Part shown: positions 54,801 through 64,000 of the stretch, piece by piece
Position numbering within the stretch: position 1 is the first letter of the stretch
Layout: each line of letters begins with the position of its first letter
Source: Centroscyllium fabricii
Lineage: Eukaryota
Length of the DNA: 64,000 nucleotides
Assembly (NCBI GenBank): GCA_051313645.2
Contig: JBNRSN020000031.1
Location: forward strand, 2,480,001-2,544,000
Direction of reading: 5' to 3'
Made by a program: the position numbers and the translations under genes
The notes under the pieces: model-generated
Told to the model about the DNA's origin: nothing
Databases searched by the model: none
The model's input: the letters and a program-made list of their open reading frames with translations, nothing else

Positions 54801-57800
54801 CAGCATGTGAATACGTAAATATAATAGGTAGTCCTTTCAGATGCCTGTGGGCCAATGATAACTCAGCATGTGATTATTTGAATACAATAGTAGTCCTTAC
54901 AGATGCCTGTGGGCAATGATAATTCAGCATGTGATTACGTGAATATAATAGGTAGTCCTTACAGATGCCTGTGGGCCAATGATAACTCAGCATGTGATTA
55001 CGTGAATATAATAGGTAGTCCTTACAGATGCCTGTGGGCCAATGATAACTCAGCATGGGATTACGTGAATATAATAGGTAGCCCATACAGATGCCTGCAT
55101 GCCAATGATAACTCAGCATGTGATTATGTGAATATAATAGGCAGTCCTTACAAATGCCTGTGGGCCAATGATAACTCAGCATGTGATTATGTGAATATAA
55201 TAGGTAGTCATTCCAGATGCCTGTGGGTCAATGATAACTCAGCATGTGATTACTTAAATATAATAGGTAGTCCTTACAGATGCCTGTGGGCCAATGATAA
55301 CTCAGCATGTGATTACGTAAATACAATAGTAGTCCTTACAGATGCCTTTGGTCCAATGATAATTCAGCATGTGATTACGTGAATATAATAGGTAGTCCTT
55401 CCAGATGCCTGTGGGCCAATGATAACTAAGCATGTGATTACGTGAATATAATAGGTAGTCCTTACAGATGCCTTTGGTCCAATGATAATTCAGCATGTGA
55501 TTAAGTGAATATAATAGGTAGTCCTTACAGATGCTTGTGGGCCAATGATAACGCAGCATGTGATTACGTGAATATAATAGGTAGTCCTTCCAGATGCCTG
55601 TGGGCCAATGATAGCTCAGCATGTGATTACGTGAATATAATAGGTAATCCTTACAGATGCCTGTGGGCCAATGATAACGCAGCATGTGATTACGTGAATA
55701 TAATAGGTAGTCCTTACAGATGCCTGTGGGCCAATGATAACTCAGCATGTGATTATGTGAATACAATAGTAGTCCATACAGATGCCTGAGGGCCAATGAT
55801 AACTCAGCATGTGATTACGTGAATATAATAGGTAGTCCTTACAGATGCCTGTGGGCCAATGATAACTCAGCATGTGATTATGTGAATACAATAGTAGTCC
55901 TTACAGATGCCTGTGGGCCAATGATAACTCAGCATGTGATTACGTGAATATAATACGTAGTCCTTACAGATGCCTGTGGGCCAATGATAACTCAGCATGT
56001 GATTACGTGAATATAATAGGTAGGCCATAGAGATGCCTGCGGGCCAATGATAACTCAGCATGTGATTACGTGAATACAATAGTAGTCCTTACAGATGCCT
56101 GTGGGCCAATGATAACTCAGCATTTGATTACGTGAATACAATAGTAGTCCTTACAGATGCCTGTGGGCCAATGATAATCAGCAAGTGATTATGTGAATAT
56201 AATAGTAGTCCTTACAGATGCCTGTGGGCCAATGATAACTCGGCATGTGATTACATGAATATAATAGGTAGTCCTTACAGATGCCTGCGGGCCAATGATA
56301 ACTCAGCATGTGGTTAAGTGAATACAATAGTAGTCCTTAAAGATGCCAGTGGGCCAATGATAACTCAGCATGTGATTACTTCAATATGATAGGTAGTTCT
56401 TACAGATGCCTGTGGGCCAATGATAACTCAGCATGTGATTACGTGAATATAATAGGTAGTCCTTACAGATGCCTGTGGGCCAATGATAACTCAGCATGTG
56501 ATTACGTAAATATAATAGGTAGTGCTTACAGATGCCTGTGGGCCAATTATAACTCAGCATGTGAATACGTGAATATAATAGGTAGTCCTTACAGATGCCT
56601 GTGGGCCAATGATAACCGAGCATGTGATTACGTGAATATAATAGGTAGTCCTTACAGATGCCTGTGGGCCAATGATAACTCAACACGTGATTACGTGAAT
56701 ATAATAGGTAGTCCTTACAGATGCCTTTGGTCCAATGATAACTCAGCTGGTGATTACGTGCATATTATAGGTAGTCCTTACAGATGCCTGTGGTCCAATG
56801 AAAACTATGCATGTGATTACGTGAATATAATAGGTAGTCCTTACAGATGCCTGTGGGCCAATGATAACTCAGCATGTGATTACGTAAATTTAATAGGTAG
56901 CTCTTACAGATGCCTGTGGGCCAATGATAACTCAGCATGTGAATACGTGAATATAATAGGTAGACCTTTCAGATCCCTGTGGGCCAATGATAACCCAGCA
57001 TGTGATTATGTGAATACAATAGTAGTCCTTACAGATGCCTGCGGGCCAATGATAACTCAGCATGTGATTACGTGAATATAATAGGTAGTCCTTACAGATG
57101 CCTGAGGGTCAATGATAACTCAGCAGGTGATTACCTGCATATTATAGGTAGTCCTTACAGATGCCTGTGGTCCAATGAAAACTCAGCATGTGATTACATC
57201 AATATAATAGGTAGTCCTTACAGATGCATGTGGGCCAATGATAACTCAGCATGTGATTACTTAAATATAATAGGTAGTTCTTACAGATGCCTGTGGGCCA
57301 ATGATAACTCAGCATGTGAATACGTGAATATGATAGGTAGTCCTTTCAGATGCCTGTGGGCCAATGATAACTCTGCATGTGATTACGTGAATATAATAGG
57401 TAGTCCTTACAGATGCCTGTGGGCCAATGATAACTCAGCATGTGATTACGTGAATATAATAGGTAGTCCTTACAGATGCCTGTGGGCCAATGGTAACGCA
57501 GCATGTGATTACGTGAATATAATAGGTAGTCCTTCCAGATGCCTGTGGGCCGTTGATAACTCAGCATGTGATTACGTGAATATAATAGGTAATCCTTACA
57601 GATGCCTGTGGGCCAATGATAACGCAGCATGTGATTACGTGAATATAATAGGTAGTCCTTACAGATGCCTGTGGGCCAATGATAACTCAGCATGTGATTA
57701 CGTGAATATAATAGGTAGTCCTTACAGATGCCTGTGGGCCAATGATAACTCAGCATGTGATTACGTGAATATAATAGGTAGTGCTTACAGATGCCTGTGG

Positions 57801-60800
57801 GCCAATTATAACTCAGCATGTGAATACGTGAATATATTAGGTAGTCCTTACAGATGCCTGTGGGCCAATGATAACCGAGCATGTGATTACGTGAATATAA
57901 TAAGTAGTCCTTACAGATGCCTGTGGGCCAATGATAACTCAACACGTGATTACGTGAATATAATAGGTAGTCCTTACAGATGCCTTTGGTCCAATGATAT
58001 CTCAGCTGGTGATTACGTGCATATTATAGGTAGTCCTTACAGATGCCTGTGGTCCAATGAAAACAATGCATGTGATTACGTGAATATAATAGGTAGTCCT
58101 TACAGATGCCTGTGGGCCAATGATAACTAGCATGTGATTACGTAAATATAATATGTAGTTCTTACAGATGCCTGTGGGCCAATGATATCTCAGCATGTGA
58201 ATACGTGAATATAATAGGTAGACCTTTCAGATGCCTGTGGGCCAATGATAACTCAGCATGTGATTATGTGAATACAATAGTAGTCCTTACAGATGCCTGC
58301 GGGCCAATGATAACTCAGCATGTGATTACGTGAATATAATAGGTAGTCCTTACAGATGCCTGTGGGCAATGATAATTCAGCATGTGATTACGTGAATATA
58401 ATAGGTAGTCCTTACAGATGCCTGAGGGTCAATGATAACTCAGCAGGTGATTACGTGCATATTATAGGTAGTCCTTACAGATGCCTGTGGGCCAATGATA
58501 ACTCAGCATGTGATTACTTAAATATAATAGGTAGTTCTTACAGATACCTGTGGGCCAATGATAACTCAGCATGTGAATACGTGAATATAATAGGTAGACC
58601 TTTCAGATGCCTGTGGGCCAATGATAACTCTGCATGTGATTACGTGAATATAATAGGTAGTCCTTACAGATGCCTGTGGGCCAATGATAACTACGCATGT
58701 GATTACGTGAATATAATAGGTAGTCCTTACAGATGCCTGTGGGCCAATGATAACTCAGCATGTGATTACGTGAATATAATTGGTAGTCCATACAGATGCC
58801 TGCGGGCCAATGATAACTCAGCATGTGATTACGTGAATACAATAGTAGTCCTTACAGATGCCTGTGGGCCAATGATAACTCAGCATTTGATTATGTGAAT
58901 ACAATAGTAGTCCTTACAGATGCCTGTGGGCCAATGATAACTCAGCAAGTGATTACGTGAATATAATAGTAGTCCTTACAGATGCCTGTGGGCCAATGAT
59001 AACTCAGCATGTGATTACATGAATATAATAGGTAATCCTTACAGATGCCTGCGGGCCAATGATAACTCAGCATGTGATTACGTGAATACAATAGTAGTCC
59101 TTGCAGATGCCTGTGGGCCAATGATAACTCAGCATTTGATTACGTGAATACAATAGTAGTCCTTACAAATGCCTGTGGGCCAATGATAACACAGCATGTG
59201 ATCACATGAATATAATTGGTAATCCTTACAGATGCCTTCGGGCCAATGATAATTCAGCATGTGATTACGTGAATATAATAGGTAGTCCTTACAGATGCCT
59301 GTGGGCCAATGAAAACTCAGCATGTGATTACGTGAATATAATAGGTAGACCTTACAGATGCCTGTGGGCCAATTATAACTCAGCATGTGATTACGTGAAT
59401 ATAATAGTAGTCCTTACAGATGCCTGCAGGCCAATGATAACTCAGCATTTGATTACGTGAATACATTAGTAGTCCTTACAGATGCCTGTGGGCCAATGAT
59501 AACTCAGCATGTGATTGCGTGAATATAATAGGTAGTCTTTACAGATGCCTGCGGGCCAATGATAACTCAGCATGTGGTTAAGTGAATACAATTGTAGTCC
59601 TTACTGATGCCAGTGGGCCAATGATAACTCAGCATATGATTACGTGCATATTATATGTAGTCCTTACAGATGCCTGTGGGTCAATGATAACTCAGCAGGT
59701 GATTACGTGCATATTATAGGTAGTCCTTACAGATGCCTGTGGTCCAATGAAAACTCAGCATGTGATTACGTGAATATAATAGGTAGTCCTTACAGATGCC
59801 TGTGGGCCAATGATAACTCAGCATGTGATTACGTAAATAAAATAGGTAGTTCTTACAGATGCCTGTGGGCCAATGATAACTCAGCATGTGAATACGTGAA
59901 TATAATAGGTAGTCCTTTCAGATGCATGTGGGCCAATGAAAACTCAGCATGTGATTATGTGAATACAATAGTAGTCCTTACAGATGCCTGCGGGCCAATG
60001 ATAACTCAGCATGTGATTACGTGAATATAATAGATAGTCCTTACAGATGCCTGTGGGCAATGATAATTCAGCATGTGATTACGTGAATATAATAGGTAGT
60101 CCTTACAGATGCCTGTGGGCCAATGATAACTCAGCATGTGATTACGTGAATATAATAGGTAGTCCTTACAGATGCCTGTGGGCCAATGATAACTCAGCAT
60201 GTGATTACGTGAATATAATAGGTAGTCCATACAGATGCCTGCGGGCCAGTGATAACTCAGCATGTGATTACGTGAATACAATAGTAGTCCTTACAGATGC
60301 CTGTGGGCCAATGATAACTCAGCATTTGATTATGTGAATACAATAGTAGTCCTTACAGATGCCTGTGGGCCAATGATAACTCAGCAAGTGATTACGTGAA
60401 AATAATAGTAGTCCTTACAGATGCCTATGGGCCAATGATAACTCAGCATGTGATTACATGAATATAATAGGTAATCCTTACAGATGCCTGCGGGCCAATG
60501 ATAACTCAGCATGTGATTACGTGAATACAATAGTAGTCCTTACAGATGCCTGTGGGCCAATGATAACTCAGCATTTGATTACGTGAATACAATAGTAGCC
60601 CTTACAAATGCCTGTGGGCCAATGATAACACAGCATGTGATCACATGAATATAATTGGTAATCCTTACAGATGCCTGCGGGCCAATGATAATTCACCATG
60701 TGATTACGTGAATATAATAGGTAGTCCTTACAGATGCCTGTGGGCCAATGAAAACTCAGCGTGTGATTACGTGAATATAATAGGTAGTCCTTACAGATGC

Positions 60801-62419
60801 CTGTGGGCCAATGATAACTCAGCATGTGATTACGTGAATATAATAGGTAGTCCTTACAGATGCCTGTGGGCCAATGATAACTCAGCATGTGATTACGTGA
60901 ATATAATAGGTAGTCCATACAGATGCCTGCGGGCCAAAGATAACTCAGCATGTGATTACGTGTATACCATAGTAGTCCTTACAGATGCCTGTGGGCCAAT
61001 GATAACTCAGCATTTGATTACGTGAATACAATAGTAGTCCTTACAGATGCCTGTGGGCCAATGATAACTCAGCAAGTGATTACGTGAATATTATAGGTAG
61101 TCCTTACAGATGCCTGTGGTCCAATGAAAGCTCAGCATGTGATTACGTGAATATAATAGGTAGTCCTTACAGATGCCTGTGGGCCAATGATAACTCAGCA
61201 TGTGATTACGTAAATATAAAAGGTAGTTCTTACAGATGCCTGTGGGCCAATGATAACTCAGCATGTGAATACGTGAATATAATAGGTAGTCCTTTCAGAT
61301 GCCTGTGCGCCAATGATAACTCAGCATGTGATTATGTGAATACAATAGTAGTCCTTACAGATGCCTGCAGGCCAATGATAACTCAGCATGTGATTACGTG
61401 AATATAGTAGGTAGTCCTTACAGATGCCTGTGTGCAATGATAATTCAGCATGTGATTACGTGAATATAATAGGTAGTCCTTACAGATGCCTGTGGGTCAA
61501 TGATAACTCAGCAGGTGATTACGTGCATATTATAGGTAATCCTTACAGATGCCTGTGGTCCAATGAAAACTCAGCATGAGATTACGTGAATATAATAGGT
61601 AGTCCTTACAGGTGCCTGTGGGCCAATGATAACTCAGCATTTGATTACGTTAATATAATAGGTAGTCCATACAGATGCCTGCGGGCCAATGATAACTCAG
61701 CATGTGATTACGTGAATACAATAGTAGTCCTTACAGATGCCTGTGGGCCAATGTTAATTCAGCATTTGAATAGGTGAATACAATAGTAGTCCTTACAGAC
61801 GCCTGTGGGCCAATGATAACTCAGCAAGTGATTACTTGAATATAATAGTAGTCCTTACAGATGCCTGTGGGCCAATGATAACTCAGCATGTCATTACATG
61901 AATATAATAGGTAGTCCTTACAGATGCCTGCGGGCCAATGATAACACAGCATGTGATCACATGAATATAATTGGTAGTCCTTACAGATGCCTGCGGGCCA
62001 ATGATAACTCAGCATGTGATTAGGTGAATATAATACGTAATCCTTACAGATGCCTGTTGGCCAATGAAAACTCAGCATGTGATTACGTGAATATAATAGG
62101 TAGTCCTTAGAGATGCCTGTGGGCCAATGATAATTCAGCATGTGATTACGTGAGTATAAGAGTAGTCCTTACAGATGCCTGCAGGTCATTGATAACTCAG
62201 CATTTGTTTACGTGAGTACAATCGTAGTCCTTAAAGATGACTGTGTGCCAATGATAACTCAGCATGTGATTGCGTGAATATAATAGGTAGTCCTTACAGA
62301 TGCCTGCGGGCCAATGATAACTCAGCATGTGGTTAAGTGAATACAATAGTAGTCCTTAAAGATGCCAGTGGGCTAATGATAACTCAGCATGTGATTACTT
62401 CAAAATGATAGGTAGTTCT

Positions 62420-63963
62420 TACAGATGCCTGTGGGCCAATGATAACTCAGCATGTGAATACGTGAATATAATAGGTAGTCCTTTCAGATGCCTGTGGGCC
62501 AATGATAACTCAGCATGTGATTATTTGAATACAATAGTAGTCCTTACAGATGCCTGTGGGCAATGATAATTCAGCATGTGATTACGTGAATATAATAGGT
62601 AGTCCTTACAGATGCCTGTGGGCCAATGATAACTCAGCATGTGATTACGTGAATATAATAGGTAGTCCTTACAGATGCCTGTGGGCCAATGATAACTCAG
62701 CATGGGATTACGTGAATATAATAGGTAGTCCATACAGATGCCTGCAAGCCAATGATAACTCAGCATGTGATTATGTGAATATAATAGGCAGTCCTTACAA
62801 ATGCCTGTGGGCCAATGATAACTCAGCATGTGATTATGTGAATATAATAGGTAGTCATTCCAGATGCCTGTGGGTCAATGATAACTCAGCATGTGATTAC
62901 GTAAATATAATAGGTAGTCCTTACAGATGCCTGTGGGCCAATGATAACTCAGCATGTGAATACGTGAATATAATAGGTAGTCCTTTCAGATGCCTGTGGG
63001 TCAATGAAAACTCAGCATGTGATTATGTGAATACAATAGTAGTCCTTACAGATGCCTGCGGGCCAATGATAACTCAGCATGTGATTACGTGAATATAATA
63101 GATAGTCCTTAGAGATGCCTGTGGGCCAATGATAATTCAGCATGTGATTACGTGAATATAATAGGTAGTCCTTACAGATGCCTGTGGGCCAATGATAACT
63201 CAGCATGTGAATACGTGAATATAATAGGTAGTCCTTTCAGATGCCTGTGGGCCAATGATAACTCAGCATGTGATTATTTGAATACAATAGTAGTCCTTAC
63301 AGATGCCTGTGGGCAATGATAATTCAGCATGTGATTACGTGAATATAATAGGTAGTCCTTACAGATGCCTGTGGGCCAATGATAACTCAGCATGTGATTA
63401 CGTGAATATAATAGGTAGTCCTTACAGATGCCTGTGGGCCAATGATAACTCAGCATGGGATTACGTGAATATAATAGGTAGTCCATACAGATGCCTGCAA
63501 GCCAATGATAACTCAGCATGTGATTATGTGAATATAATAGGCAGTCCTTACAAATGCCTGTGGGCCGATGATAACTCAGCATGTGATTATGTGAATATAA
63601 TAGGTAGTCATTCCAGATGCCTGTGTGTCAATGATAACTCAGCATGTGATTACGTAAACATAATAGGTAGTCCTTACAGATGCCTGTGGGCCAATGATAA
63701 CTCAGCATGTGAATACGTGAATATAATAGGTAGTCCTTTCAGATGCCTGTGGGCCAATGAAAACTCAGCATGTGATTATGTGAATACAATAGTAGTCCTT
63801 ACAGATGCCTGCGGGCCAATGATAACTCAGCATGTGATTACGTGAATATAATAGATAGTCCTTAGAGATGCCTGTGGGCCAATGATAATTCAGCATGTGA
63901 TTATGTGAATATAATAGGTAGTCCTTACAGATGCCTGTGGGCCAATGATAACTCAGCATGTGA
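62420..63963 (+). repeat. 753-bp (12-monomer) tandem duplication
   Basis: ORF pairs 62521/63274, 62550/63303 and 63012/63765 are all offset 753, with a shared ATAGATAGTCCTTAGAGATG variant. Confidence 0.87.
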
Positions 63964-64000
63964 TTACGTGAATATAATAGGTAGTCCTTACAGATGCCTG

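Larger units (their letters stand above)
41250..55900 (+). repeat. Nested higher-order repeat: ~1-kb block B and ~2.4-kb block C arranged B-C-C-B-C-C-B-C (periods 2379 and 5383-5448)
   Basis: ORF offsets 44106/46485 and 49489/51868 = 2379; 42910/48293, 44106/49489, 45786/51169 = 5383; 48293/53741 = 5448. Private markers include GATAACT-AGC, AACTCTGC, GTCTGTGAGCC, CTGCATGCC. Confidence 0.85.
1..64000 (+). repeat. 63/62-bp tandem satellite array, ~990 monomers, single orientation, running off both window ends, interrupted only by four CR1 fragments
   Basis: Consensus CCTTACAGATGCCTGTGGGCCAATGATAACTCAGCATGTGATTACGTGAATATAATAGGTAGT recurs head-to-tail throughout, typically with a few substitutions per monomer. 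Common 62-bp variants are AATACAATAG-TAGT and GGGC-AATGATAATTC. Copy number estimated as (64000 - 3x441 - 595)/~62.7. Confidence 0.99.

Noticed and set aside
46-63959. Hundreds of repetitive ORFs (NIIGSPYRCLWANDNSACDYV on +, MLSYHWPTGICKDYLLYSRNH on -) as real genes
   Set aside because: 63 bp is a multiple of 3, so any stop-free frame repeats, and about two of six open frames is expected by chance. ORFs end at frequent 62-bp frameshift monomers, variants are largely non-synonymous, and there is no gene structure.
1-64000. CRISPR array or diversity-generating cassette system
   Set aside because: There are no unique spacers (the whole unit repeats), no cas or intact RT genes, variation is inherited in blocks by duplication, and the context is vertebrate.

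Overview
Eukaryotic (vertebrate) satellite DNA with no host gene. About 97% of the window is one uninterrupted-orientation, head-to-tail array of a 63/62-bp monomer (consensus CCTTACAGATGCCTGTGGGCCAATGATAACTCAGCATGTGATTACGTGAATATAATAGGTAGT, about 41% GC, roughly 990 copies). Nearly all ORFs in the track are by-products of this 21-codon monomer. The only non-satellite DNA is four 5'-truncated CR1-clade LINE fragments. One 441-bp (+) insertion is present three times (9717, 14345, 21170) because the array duplicated around it. A second, independent 595-bp (-) insertion of another CR1 subfamily (42292-42886) is present once, with empty paralogous sites nearby. Their ORF2 C-termini and 3' UTRs resemble cartilaginous-fish CR1 elements (my recall, not a database result). 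Diagnostic monomer variants reveal layered higher-order repeats (374, 377, 562, 753, 2379, ~4.6-5.0 k, 5383 and 6825 bp periods, plus a 22,956-bp long-range copy), a left/right sub-family boundary at ~27-31 kb, and a CpG-decay signature. I found no evidence of a new protein-coding or CRISPR-like system. The most informative signals are the LINE junction anatomy (microhomology plus target deletion, recoverable from in-window empty sites) and the datable array history.
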